A stretch of DNA of 61,899 nucleotides, filler included, from Sphacelaria rigidula (taxonomy: Eukaryota), in NCBI GenBank assembly GCA_964200075.2. It is 8 parts of 8 records of this genome, joined end to end, with 100 filler letters (N's around TTAATTAATTAA, not from the genome) between each part and the next. Parts side by side here need not be neighbours in the genome. Positions count along the whole stretch, not along the records: positions 7,752 to 15,402 come from CAXNAA020013928.1; positions 15,503 to 23,152 come from CAXNAA020013929.1; 6 more parts are not named here. The stretch is one strand, 5' to 3'. A program made the translations under genes and the position numbers. Below are positions 10,601 to 23,070 of the stretch, piece by piece; the stretch's first letter is position 1, and each line of letters begins with the position of its first letter. The notes under the pieces were generated by a model. The model did no database searches. It was given only the letters and a program-made list of their open reading frames with translations, and was not told the DNA's origin.

Positions 10601-12828
10601 AGAGATGAATCGTCAAGCATCAGCTCAAAAGGAAGGAACAGGGTGCTCGGTGACGTTGGACGAGATGTTGCAAGAGCTGACGGAGGTTAAGAAGCAGGTG
10701 ATGGTATGGGTCAAGTGCAGGGGAAACGAAGACGGGCACCTTCGTGACCACGACATGCTCTCGACCAAACCAGCCTCAAGGGCGCTCGCTGCTCATCGAA
10801 ACTTCGAGTCTAGACCGAAAATTGTAGAGATGATGCAAGAATATTGCACATCCTGGATAACGACAATATCTTACATTGTAAAAAAAGTGTACTGCGTACA
10901 GTATGGGACCTATTCTGGATTGCAATGGACGCAATAGTCGATACTGCACACAGTATACGTTTTGATAATATGTAATTCATTGTCCAGGGTGTGAAATATT
11001 GCGAATATCTCTCCCGACACCACCTCACGTAGAGCCGGATTTTTGAAACGTGATGATTTAGTCCTGGAGCCTACCTAGCGAATCGAGAAAGTAGGCTAGA
11101 CTTCTCTCAATGTCCAATACATATGGCGGTGATAATTTGGTTGGGTCAAAAGCAATGCCCCCGAAGTTTCCCAAAAAATAAAATCTCGTCGAAAGATCCA
11201 ACCCCCGTATGACGTGGACCTGCGGTCTACAAAAGGGACCCCGATGATTAAAGTAGTTGGCCATGTACCGCGAGGAAAACAATCTGAAGGATGCAACCGG
11301 ACAGTACATATTCGGCCATGATGAATTCTGATGGTTCTGTTGGAGGCCGTTTTCCCTCGGGAAAATTCAGGAAAAACCACACGTTTTCATGTTTTCTGTT
11401 GTGTCCGACGTGCTACCAAGTGCTGCAATAGCACCAAGCAGATTCCCCTTCACTTGAAAGGTTCAAATGACTTCATCGACTTCCTCCACTTCGAGACCGC
11501 AGCAAGATGGCTCTGCTGCGTGCCGTTACTTTCGAAACGTTTTCTGTACGCAATGCCAGCACCGAAAGTTCATTCAAGAAGTGAAGAGAGCTCGCGCTAC
11601 ACACCGGAAGAATCTCGCTCGGGAAGCTCGCCTATTGGATCGCAAGCCGTATCCTCATCCGAGGCCGTGGAACGATTCACCTCTCTTGGACCCCTCAAGA
11701 GAAAGGTGAAGATACAGACATCGTCTCAGCAAGGCACACACTCACACACACACACACACACACACAGTCGGATATTCGCCGAAGCATGTGTGAATTCAAG
11801 TGGCAACTTGGGGTTGGGATGATTATCACAATAGTGTTACTGGAACTACACCTCTCATGGTGGTGGATACCGTGGTGTAAAAAGTATGTATCGGGAAATA
11901 ACTCATTTGCGACAAAGCACCTGCTCTATTGACACGCCCTTTTTGTGCTTTCGTGTGATGATATTCGTCAGAATGACACCAGAGGCCATCGCTGGCGATG
12001 CCTTGTTAGAGTGGCAGGAGATCAAACGTGTGCGGGAAGAAGAATCGGCGAAGCACCCTTCCTGGTGAGTTATTATGCCGTTGGTAGCATTCTCCTGTGC
12101 TGCTGCAGACCAGGACATGGCAACCACCACACCAAAAAAGATGAGGATGCTTGCAGGTTACCATAGGTCTCAGTCATGTTATACGAGAATGTCACACCCT
12201 GGATAATGGCAATAGGTTACATCGCCAAAAAGTGGACTGCGTACATGATCGACTATTTTGTCTATTACAATAAACAATAGATTCTATACTGTACGCAGTA
12301 CACTTCCTTGTCAGTGTAATCCTTTGTCGAGGGTGTGGAGGATTTCAAGGATGTATTGGATATAGGGTAAATTCCCGGGTATTCACTTTCCCGAATTTTG
12401 TGTTGCGATGGTTCGATCCTCAATCTCCACCCCAATATTGGGTAGCGTTAGGTACGATCGCAATGCTCCACCCGATATCTGGGTAATGCTGAGCACGATC
12501 TCAATACTATACTCAAGGTTTGTTTGTGTACTTGGAGTAAGATTTTCCATAATACCCAAATGTAGGAAATACCCTCCCCAGCACACACTTGGAGGATGTG
12601 TCCAAGGACCGCCGACACACTCACGCGCTACCGATTGCCTTTCTATACTTGCGCGTTTGACATTTGTAGCTACGAATCTCCCATTTTGTCTCACGCAACG
12701 GCAGGAAATATCCCAACACGGATAGAGCTTTCGGAGATCCTCCGCTCTACTGCTGCACAGATAGCTTCAAGGTGGTACTGGAAAAACATCTGGAACAGGC
12801 GGTTGCGAAAATTAAAGCGAGTTACGAG
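10601..12828 (+). CDS. Multi-exon gene fragment encoding an unknown protein
   Basis: Four AG/GT-bounded, phase-compatible open exons: 10601-10697 (ATG at 10605), 11461-11705, 11972-12064 and 12705-12828. They give MNRQASAQKE...ELTEVKKQ-VQMTSS...KFIQEVKRARATHRKNLAREARLLDRKPYPHPRPWNDSPLLDPSRER-MTPEAIAGDALLEWQEIKRVREEESAKHPSW-KYPNTDRAFGDPPLYCCTDSFKVVLEKHLEQAVAKIKASYE. No family recognised; both ends uncertain. Confidence 0.65.
10847..10993. mobile_element. Small MITE, CACACCCTGGA family
   Basis: CACATCCTGGA...TCCAGGGTGTG, flanked by AATATT on both sides. Confidence 0.6.
12193..12337. mobile_element. Small MITE, CACACCCTGGA family
   Basis: CACACCCTGGA...TCGAGGGTGTG, with internal similarity to 10847-10993. 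Confidence 0.55.
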
Positions 12829-13069
12829 GTCAGTCAGCGTCATCACGTCCAACCCGATCGATTGGCGGTAATTCTCTAGTTGATGGCACACCTACCCTGT
12901 AGAAGGGGAACGTATGAGGTCGGTGGAATATCGAAGCGTGAAACGCTTGGGGAGAATGTTGCGGAACTAAGGCGGGTGGAACCGCGGCACTCTTTATCTA
13001 AGGGTGAGGAACGGGCGTACGGAAATTTGCCCGATCTCATCATAACAACCGCCATTTTGACAAATTTAA

Positions 13070-13945
13070 GATGAACCTTCAAGTTGAGCTTCAGTGGTTC
13101 AAGGTCAGGACTTCAAGTAACTGAGGCTTTAAGCTAAAGATCGGGGCTCCAACTTGGACGTGGGGTCCTTATATGTTGAGGCCCCGATGTTCAACTTTAG
13201 GAGGCAACTTTCAACATGCGGCCTGAAGTTGAAAATTTGAAGCTTCAAGTAAAGGGTTCAACATGTAGGTCAATCTACATTTGCTTTCAACCTGGAGGTC
13301 GGAGCTACAATTTGAACGCTCAAGTTGAGGCTTCAACTTTGAAGTCAGACCTTCATCCCAAAACCTGTGAGGTATAGGTCGTGAAGCCTCAACTTTGGAA
13401 GCCCTGGGTTAAACTTGAGCCTTCAAATACAGCAATCTTGAAAGTTGAAAGTTTGAAAGGAGGATTGGAAGTTGAACATTGAACTTTCAGCTTCAAAGGT
13501 TCAAGACTGAAGAACCTTCAAGTTCAAACTCTCTTATGTTCGAGGTGAAGCTTGAGCGTTCAGTTTAGGGTTAGCGTCAGGAATTGAGGTTTGACGTGAA
13601 CGTTCGACTTCAAATTCGAAATTTCAATTCTGGAGTGTTGAGGTTCAATTTGAAAGTTCGATGTCCAAGTGGAAGTTTAAAAAATTGAACCTCTCACGCT
13701 CAAATAAAACGTTCATGTGGACGGTCTTCAAGTTGAGCCTTCACAACGGTCAACTTGAAGCTTTGAGGTGTAGACCTGCCATTGGAGACTCAGGATGAAG
13801 TCTTCAAAATTGAATTATGGCTCCATGATGACATACTCAACATTCAACTTGAAGTTTCAATTTGAGGCTCGGGGCTCAAACTTGAACGCCTTTGAAGCCC
13901 GCACCTTCAGGATGAAGCCCCGAGGCTCACTTGAATTCGTGATAA
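13070..13945. repeat. Low-complexity region dense in TTGAA/TTCAA (AAGTTGAG/CTTCAA) motifs
   Basis: Dozens of TTGAA, TTCAA and AAGTT words on both strands, with no credible ORF. Confidence 0.6.
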
Positions 13946-13969
13946 TGGCGGGTACCCCCTCATCACCGG

Positions 13970-15350
13970 GCAAGGAGTCAAGGTGGGGGAAGATGCGGTA
14001 TCGGGATTAATGTGCGAGGATGATTTCGTGGGGAAATCAGAAACACCGGAAGGATTGCAGAAACAAACAGAAGAAGCCCTGTAATACACCAGGAAATGGA
14101 CATTGACAACGAACGTGAACAAGTGCGCGGTAGTTACATGCAACGAAGATGAGCGGAACCCAACAGAATTCAAATTGGAGTGGGGAGAAAAGGAATTGCC
14201 AGTATATACCCTGGTGTGTTGAGAACGAAACAGTGTTCGTGGAATGCGCACATAGATGAAATACTAGGGAAGGGCGAGGCACAGGTAGGCGGGATCGACG
14301 TGATCTTGGGAGACGCGCACCTCGATACCAGGATTAAGATATGTGTTCTGATGAACGTCATTGTGCTGAAGCTAGAATATGCAGGAGAAGTATGGGAAGG
14401 GAACACGAAGTTGGTGAAGCAACTGGAAACAGTACAAATGAAAGTAGCCAAGAAAATGGTTGCATGCTCAAAAACGATAAGTAGTACAATATTGAAAGCG
14501 GAATTTGGAATGTACCAACCTGATGGAACAAAGATATGAGGAAATTGAAATGTCAATGTAACGTGAGGAACATGCCAAGGACGATACTGTCAGCCATAGT
14601 TGATAGGCCTGTATGGAGAGAGGGTAACCAAAGGGCAGGCTGGAAAAAAGTGGAGTACCGTGGTCGAAAAAATATGAAATTATATAGGAGGATACCAAGA
14701 CGAGATGATTTCCATATGTGAAATTTGGGAATACAAGACAAACGTTAGAGACACGATAAAAATAAGGGGGAAACTAGCGCTAAGACGAAAAGTGGACGAG
14801 GAGCAGCACCTGAAGATATGCGGGGAATTGAGAGAGGGGAGAGGCATGAAATCATATCTGCGCGGCAAAATGGACTACGCGAGAAAGTTTAAGGTGCGAT
14901 TTCGGGTGGGGGACCTGGACGCGCCAGAAAAGAAGGTAGGGATGATAGCAGTCGCCGTGGAGGAGGAAGTAGATGCATAGAATTGCCCCTGTGGCAAGGC
15001 AATAGAGAGTAGAACTCACACAGTGGCAAAATACGAAATATGCAAGGAGGAACGGGACGTATTAGATGGAAAGTCGTGGGAAGTGAACGGACGTGGCATG
15101 AGATCGCTTGGTACATTGGAAAATAACCAGAAAACGATGGCTGTATTAGGAGATAGATGGTGGCCACAGACAGCGAAACAGGAAGGGGGTACGACTTGTA
15201 AAAGGGTTTCGTGTCATGTATGGAAGAAACGTCATGAGTGCCCAAATGATGGAGGTGCCTCTATTAGGCGTGGCAACGGTGCTTCATATCGGAAGGGATG
15301 CGTGATCAATGGTTGAATGACAAAGGCAAACAACATATGAGTACACACCC
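13970..15350 (+). mobile_element. Decayed, 5'-truncated non-LTR retrotransposon (LINE): RT C-terminal part and 3' end
   Basis: GLMCEDDFVG (degenerate YADD box), LQKQ..AL*Y.RKW..NVNKCAVV, YPGV...SWNAHI, LEYAGEVWEG...LETVQ, and a C-terminal CPCGKAIESRTH motif. Contains multiple stops and frameshifts; ends in ATGAGTACACACCCC. Confidence 0.85.
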
Positions 15351-16454
15351 CACGCCGCCCCCCCACCTCCCCCCGCCACACATAGCTCCGCCGTGCAGAC
15401 ATNNNNNNNNNNNNNNNNNNNNNNNNNNNNNNNNNNNNNNNNNNNNTTAATTAATTAANNNNNNNNNNNNNNNNNNNNNNNNNNNNNNNNNNNNNNNNNN
15501 NNAGAAGAGCTGGGGAGTCCCTCAACAGCATTTAGACGCTGCAGTACTAGCAGACCTGCTAGCGTCACAGGACTCTTCCCATCACGGGCACATGGAATTC
15601 AGCAGCTTTAGTTATTTACATAATAACCCTCAGCATAGTACAGGAGAACAGGACCATATAGCCTCTCTTCACCAGAGTACCAGAACCAAGCGTACTAGTC
15701 ATGGAGGTCACCATCACAGAGTCCGGCAATCAGACCCCCAACTCCACCTATAATGTCCCTGACCTTAGGTAACAGTGATGGCTAGAGTCTACAAGCAGGA
15801 GGACGGAATAGCGGACCATAGCTGCTACCCACCTCCCGCACTCGCGAACCACCTGCCAGAGATAGACTTACCGTAGACCTAATCACAATAAGGACCACCG
15901 GCTTTTCATCTACTCTGCGCGGCGTCTCACCTTCTGGCCGGCAAGCCGTTCTCAAGAAGTGAGTAACGTATATCATAATCCCTTTGTATCGTTTGGGTTT
16001 TCCCTTTTACGAAAGAGCTCGGTGCTTACTTTCAATAACAGCTGTCTGCTGTTGACAGGTGCCGTGTGCGAGAGAACCCTACTGCTTGAGTTAACGAGTC
16101 GAAAACAGGACCAGTGGGTCACATTCTCATCTACCTTGGGGTGTGGCTTGCTCTGCTAACGAATACCACGGCACCAGGGTCTGGGACATTCCAACATTAT
16201 GCAGGATCTAATACATTTTCAAATATAATCTGGCGCGGTGAGACAGTGGGAAAATCCACTGCAGTGGGAGTCACGGCTTAAGAGAGCTCAGTTTAGGAGA
16301 ATTACCGGTTTAAGATAGGTCGAAAAAGCTTGGTACACCACTCTCTTAAATCGAACCCTGCTTTCTCTTAAACCGGACCCATTCTGAACTCTCTTTCCTC
16401 TTAAACCGGATCCACCCCCAAACCCCCCGCTCTTTGACTGTACAGTAGTACTGT

Positions 16455-16805
16455 AGTTGGTAACCTCGAAACCTTCTGACGGTTGGGTCGTGGGTTAAAT
16501 CTCGCAGTGACCTGGGATTTTTTCTCACACCATGCCCAGCAGTGGAGAGCGACTATGTCGCGGGTGCACAAAATTCGACGTAACGGTTGACGAGGGAAGG
16601 GGACTCTGCTGCACCCCTCTCGCGATGAAAAATAAAAGGCAAGCACCGCAGAAAGAAGATGGGGCAGTAAAAACGAAAATATAAGAAAAAGCTCCTGTGT
16701 TGACCTTCCTTCTGTGTGACACCGGCTGGTGCGCCCACATCAGTAGACTTTACCACTTTGTAGTTGACGGCGTCCAGAATAGAGGGGACGAGAACACACA
16801 CACTA
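16455..16805 (+). mobile_element. tRNA-derived SINE copy
   Basis: Aligns by eye along its length with 61443-61740 and 6179-6530; ends in ACACACACAC. Confidence 0.75.
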
Positions 16806-17652
16806 TAGCCCGAAAAACAACATATCAGTACGTCCAGCAGTCGTAATACACAAACAGCTTCAAGCTCCACTGGCCACGGGCGTGCTGCCTTGCGCGGTGG
16901 GCATTACAGTGTTTGCACTGCAGTATTACAGCAGAGAGGTGTAACATGGCGGAGGTTTCGTGCCATCTTCGTAAGGCCAAGCTGGCCTGGATGAACGAGT
17001 TTGGGTCAAAGAAAACAAAACAAACTTGCATGGTAGACTTCATGTAGCGTTGCAGAAGCTGCCGATGAGCGCATGTCACATGTCTATTGCTGGGTAGGAC
17101 GAGTGTAGGTACTCGAGTTTCGCTGTTAGTGAGAGAATCACTTGTACAGCAGTGCAGAGTACAGTAAAGTATGGATGGATTTCTGTCTTTTTGCCTTATT
17201 TTGTTGTTTGCTTCCAAGATGTGACGTGTGTGTGACGTGCATGTGTTGGGTTGGCCACTCTGTTCAGGTGATGTGGAGATATCTCCGATACCACGGAATA
17301 TATCGATTTCTTCACAACAAGAAGGGCGGGGGATCGTGCTGGACAATAATATTGTGTAAACAATATGATATTCTCTTTCAACACTTTGATTCGGCATCAC
17401 GGCACAACAAGCGGCCTTTCAAAAACTGTCAATAATCCATATATTCGGTTTAAAAGAGGTTTTCTCTTAAACCGACTGTTCGGTTGAAGAAAATACCTCT
17501 CTTAAACCGATTAAGTGGAAGGTCGGGTGTGCGAGAGGTTTTCTTGATTTGCCACACCCCTTTCTTAACCCGTGACCCCCACTGTACATCTGGGCGAACT
17601 GTAGGTGAGACAATCGCCAAAATATTCACCTGTGAACTCTGCAACAGACTGC

Positions 17653-17890
17653 TGCCGAGATAGCCCCCCCCCCGAACCGGCCAAAAACGTGCACGGAGGC
17701 GATGATTGTAAATACGGTTAGAGCTGGTTTCGTGCTGCACGACGCGACTCATTCGGGCGTTTTAGCTGATTTCGGACCGCTACACGCCTCTCATGTGGGC
17801 AACATTGCTGCAGAACGATCCCAATAGTGAGATCGCAGCGGGTTTGTCGGACGGTCTCCGGTGCACTTTTTGTGGGGGGCTATCTCGGCA
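17653..17890. mobile_element. MITE with perfect 17-bp TIRs
   Basis: TGCCGAGATAGCCCCCC / GGGGGGCTATCTCGGCA. Confidence 0.6.
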
Positions 17891-20429
17891 TTAGTCAACA
17901 GTGCCCTGTAAGTTGATATCGGTAGAAGGACATTACCATAACGACCTTGCCGGCTGCCAGACTGTCAGGATCTTGTATCCACTAGCATTGCTACTGATTG
18001 TACGGGGATGTTGCCCACTTGTCATTTTTGAAGCACACGCGCGAGCTCAAAACGTTCCAACAACGTCGTGCTCTCACAGTCAAGTTGAAAAGCATCAAAA
18101 CGAGAACGGAAGCAGTGCGCAACCCGACTATATAGATGGAATGCCCTCAATTATGGTACAGTGCATATGTTACGGATCGCGGCATGGCGTGGTGGATAAA
18201 GGATAGTACGATGATGGGCCGTCGGTTTCAAAACGACGCTACGCCCGCAGGGCTGATTGCGGGAACTGACTAGTACCGCAATCAGGGGTGAAGGCGATGT
18301 AATCCGTCAAGAGATGGAATACATAAACATGCCTCTTTCCATCTGGTTGGATTCGGTTCTTTCCAAGGATCGATTCAACCAGCACCCTGTTGTTCACTTC
18401 TTGGAAGTGCCAACTTAACACCACCAAGAGAAAAAAAGAAATCGAATCGGCCTGAAGCTGTGACCAAGAAATATCCAGACGCTCGGCTTGTATCGTTCTG
18501 CGTTGGACTTTCCCACATGCTGAGAGCTCACGATTGTTCAGGAATAACGGTGAGACTGTAACGATGTTTGATTCAAGCAGTGAGTAGATGTATGAAGGTC
18601 GACAAAATAGTAAAAACGAACTGTGTGTCGAATGGAATAGTGAAATGTGTAATTATATAGTAAAAGTAAGTCGTATTTGCATGAGCTAGCGAGTCATCGT
18701 AACTTGCATAACCGAAATGCTATTGTTGTTCGCTCTAGTACTCGACTTCTACAGTAGAGATACACAATGTCAACAACACCTATGGCCAACACTATTCTGT
18801 CTGTATCATGGTCCTTCCAACCGGGACTATCGTGTCGTATCATATCATCTGCGGTCTAGTTACACCTTCAGGAGGGTACCATGCCGCAGGAGGATATGCG
18901 TAGCAGCGGCTCAGAGATTCGATTTTTTATATATACTTCGAAGTATGAAATAAGAATTACACGGTGCAATTTCGCTTGCATCACCACGACAGGTTTGTTT
19001 TGCAAGGACATAACTTTACAGGAAAATAAGCAGCTATCATGATGTTCGCTGGGAGCGACGCGCTCACGTTTTGCGCCAGTACAGGGGTAATCAAACTGCG
19101 GAGACGCATGTGGTCAAGGGGTGACAATCACCTCACTCATGATAAGCGGACCGCCGTTGGAGGGAAACATCGAGATATTAACCGACAAGGCACATTTTAC
19201 TAAAAAAATAGTATGAACACCTCCAAATCGGGTGATTCCCATATATGCTCATTTGCAAGAACTGTGCTTCTATTGCGGAACGCGGGCAAAACTAAAACCG
19301 GAGCGAACATCAATCAACAGAGCCATAATTACACGATCATGCAAAGAGCTATGCGCTCAATAGAGCAAAAAGGCGATATTCTGGACAAAAGCTACTAGGT
19401 TACAATTCGCAAAGAGCTTCAAGATGCAGCAGCTGCCCAGGCGGGAGGTTAAGTCCGCCTGCGTACATGTGAAACGAATGGAGAACATAAGGCACCGCCA
19501 CATACGTGAGTCAGCGAGCCCATGCCCATACAGCTGGCAATACAACTGCGGGCTATTGGATTCAGGTCCAGACCCGCCTGAAAACTACGTTCTGTTTTTC
19601 TCTTCGAGATTGTGGACCAAAACTAAACTGAGGCGTTGCCTTGAGATGTAGAAGTAAATCAACCGTGTCCACGATCGATCTCGTGTACGCTTAAAGTCGT
19701 TGCCTACTGGTTTATCCTACGCTACCGAAGATGCGTGTCCAGGGCGTTGGGCAGCGATTATTGTTTACCGATTGATTTGAAATTGGGGGTGCAGCCGCGA
19801 CCGCTGGGCTTTATGTGTCTATGTTACAGTAAAACGGCATATGAAGGGCAATTTCTCGCGTGATTATTCATGTGCGTAAGTGGACAAAATTTAAGTCAGG
19901 CACGATACCGCTACATGCTGACATCGTCTCAACCGCGCGTCTCCACATCGCGCTATGAAACGGCTCTAGGCTTGCTGCACACAACGCACAGGTGTGGTGG
20001 TACACCATCCGTTTGCAGTGAGGTAAAACACCTGGAGGCTAGCTTGTATACCACGCAGCGGATTCTGGATGTGCGTACCCCTCCTGTACAAGTCAGCCGG
20101 TCAAGTTGCCTTACACCTCGCAAAGGCCCGTTCACCGATGGAAGAGTTTTAGACATGCACGACCCATATATTTCGGTGCACGAGGTCCTTTAACAGCATA
20201 ATAAAATGATGTTTCCATTCAAAGGCAAGGCACTCGTTCTGCCTACTATGCTATAGCTGTGAAAAGTAGCTATCGCTGTGATGCGAGTTAGCTAATGCAT
20301 GTCTGCAGCCACGGGAATCTCCCCAGAGGCAGTTGTGCCGAAGGCATTGTATGTTACATACAAACAACTATGCGTATACATTTTATAGTATAATTGCGGA
20401 TGATTTGATCATTTGATTGACCGCAGGCA

Positions 20430-23070
20430 TCCATCTCCGCCGTGCAGGTGGACGCCCCGTACCGGAAGAGACGGGCATATGTGGTCGCGCTGAAGGCTGG
20501 TCGGCAGGGAGAAGAACCACTGCGCGCATGGAGGCAGCGAGTGGAAGCGTATGCTGTTACCTGCCCCCCGTTGGATCAGCTCTTGGGGCGGACTGGTACC
20601 TATTTCTTGAAGCCGACGGGGCAAGGCAAGGCTATTCATAGTTTCGAGGATCCGATGCCGAGGTTAACTCGTCCTCGGCTGATGAGAGGGAAATCTCGGC
20701 GCGATAAATTCACACCCCACAGGACAGAGGCAGGGGTATGGGAGGAAGCAGTAGAGCTGGAAAGAGTCGACTTCGTGAGAGTCGCGACCACCCTCGATCA
20801 CCACGAGACCCCACCCACGGTGAACCCCGACGCTATGCCAGATATCGTGCCTAGTTTCGTTCATCCGTGGATGATGGGGGCGGTTTTATCAAGCTTGGAA
20901 GCGGAAGGTTTGTTGAGCGTGACTCAGATTCGGAGTGAGGACGTAGTTTAAGTGCGCTAGCGGCGATATGGCCGCATGCGAATGAGTTGCTAGACTTGGG
21001 GAGAGGTGCCGTAACTCGCTCGTCGGTTTCCGAAGCGGAACAAAAGTCGGACCAGGACTCTGGTGGGGGGGAGGGCTTCAGCTGAGGAGGCAATACCAGG
21101 AAAAGGTAACCCTAAGACTGTGCTCGAACAAACGCGGGCGATCCTGATGGACAAACCACAATTCGTTTTATTACAAGAACGGGACTTCCGTCTGGGACCC
21201 ATCAAGGATCAGCTAAGAGAGGGGCCTAAGGATGAAGGAGCTGGCAAGAGGCGGGATGCGTACGTGCTACATGAGAATACTCTTCTATGGTACACCTCCC
21301 CTAAGGAGCCACCCAAGTCAGCTATCCCACGCATCCTAGTGCCAGGGCTGCTGGCGTGGGTGCACACTACGCACGGGCACGCCGGAGTAATGAGGATGAC
21401 TGCAGTCGTCAACGCACGGTACGAATGGCCTGATCTTTCCGCCGATACTCGCAAATACGTGTTGTCTTGCGGATGTCGTCGACGCAAGCGTACCAACAGT
21501 CACACCCTAGCGATGCGGACTGCCCGATTCCTGCGGGCATGGGAGGTGTTAGAGATGGACATATCGGACATGAAGCAGGTTTCCGCCTCGGGCAACAGGT
21601 ACTTCTTGATCATCGTGGATCGAGCAACCAAGTTTCTCTTTGCTTCCCCATTGGCTGCCAAGCTCACGGTACCCGTAGCGTAATGTGTGCTGAAGCTCTT
21701 CTTGACGTTTGGGGTACCCTACTTTTTGAGGAGTGACGCTGGGGGGGAGTTCACGTCGGAGGTAGCGAACCATGTATGCCAGTGGATGAAGGTGATGCTG
21801 GATCATGGTCCGGCAGGGTACCCTCGCGGTCAGGGTGCGGTAGAGAGGTACGGAGGATGGTTTCACGACGTTTTGGCCGAGCTTTGTAAGCAATGGTCAA
21901 AAAAAGGTGGGATGAGCACGTAGACCCCGCTGTGTGGATTCACCGTACTACTCCCGATCCTTCATTGCCTGATAACCCGACTCCATTCAAGCTGCTTTTT
22001 GGGCGCGAGCCACGCACCCAAATAGACGCTGTGTCACCCGAAGCGGAGTCTCCACTGTTGGATAACACGGTGGAACAACAGCGCCAAAACCTGAAGGAGT
22101 TTCACGAGCTGTTGACCCAACGCCACAAGCGAAGGGAAGAGGTCAAATCGGCTAGAAATACCGAGCTGAGTCGCCAGTCAGCGGAGTCGCGAGCTCAGGT
22201 GGGGGATCTGATGTTAGTGAAGGAGTCCGACAGCTCCCTTGTACACGATGATGTGCCGACTAACCTAGTGCACGACTTGTGGAGAGCAATGCTACCGTAA
22301 GAGTTGCACGTTTTGTTTCTGGGTCTCGTTTTTGTAGGAGCCCAAATATATGAGGCTTACTGTGCAACCCAAATCTCCGGGGACAGGACATGGAGATGCA
22401 CAAAGGGGCTTTTTGGTGAATCGGCATCATTTTCAGTCTTTTTCAAGTGAAAATGATGCCGATTCTCAAAACCATCCGTGCAACACCCCGAGAAACAGTT
22501 TCGCTCAAAAAGTGAAACCCTGCCGTAGCATCACTCTGGACGGGACCATGGACGGTGCAGCAAGTGGTGATACCCGGTCTCAGCCTTAAGGTCAGTATGC
22601 AGGGACGCAAGGTACGAGAACGGACGGTGTCGGCAGCCAATGTGAAGAAATTTCATGTGCGCCCTGAACAGCTGCGGCAGCCGTTTCCGGATAAGTACTC
22701 TCAGTTAGCATGGGGGGCTGATTTGGGGTTGGCTGAGGAGATCGCGTCCGTCCCGCAACTGTATACATTGACAGATAGGAAAGTGGTGCTAGGATCAGGG
22801 TCGTCATGGGAGTGGGCCTATTTGGGGTTATTTCATGACGGAGCTGAATCTCACTGGCTTTCTGAGGAGGAAGTGTTGGACAGTTTCACTGGGTTGCAGC
22901 TGGACGTGTTTCATGCTTTGTGGGAACTAAATCACCCGCAAGCCAAACCACGCTCATCTGTTACACCATCTCGAGCGGAAAGAGACTCCATTGCCCGGGA
23001 TGAAGCTTTGCGACAGATTCCCCTAGGGACTAAAATCCGTAATAACTGCCTGTTTCTGGAACACATGTAA
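20430..23070 (+). mobile_element. Decayed Ty3/Gypsy LTR retrotransposon, pol 3' part (integrase plus chromodomain-like C-terminus)
   Basis: HHCC zinc finger (HTTHGHAG...YVLSCGCRRRK), integrase core (EMDI...FLIIVDRATKF...RSDAGGEF...GQGAVER), TPFKLLFGRE and a GPY/F-like WTGPW motif. In-frame stop at 21681-21683, frameshift near the A-run at ~21900, and a MITE inserted at 22284-22536. Confidence 0.9.
22284..22536. mobile_element. MITE with GAG...CTC termini and 4-bp TSD (Sola2-like), nested in the Gypsy integrase
   Basis: TIRs GAGCAATGCTAC and GTAGCATCACTC match at 10/12 positions. TSD TGGA at 22280-22283 and 22537-22540. Removing the element restores HDLW-TGPWTVQ in frame. A related 5' end lies at 54071-54130. 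Confidence 0.8.

Noticed and set aside
15503..16196. Possible solo LTR ending ...CCAACA
   Set aside because: Only composition and a CA end support it; the 5' end is cut by the linker, and there is no second copy or TSD.
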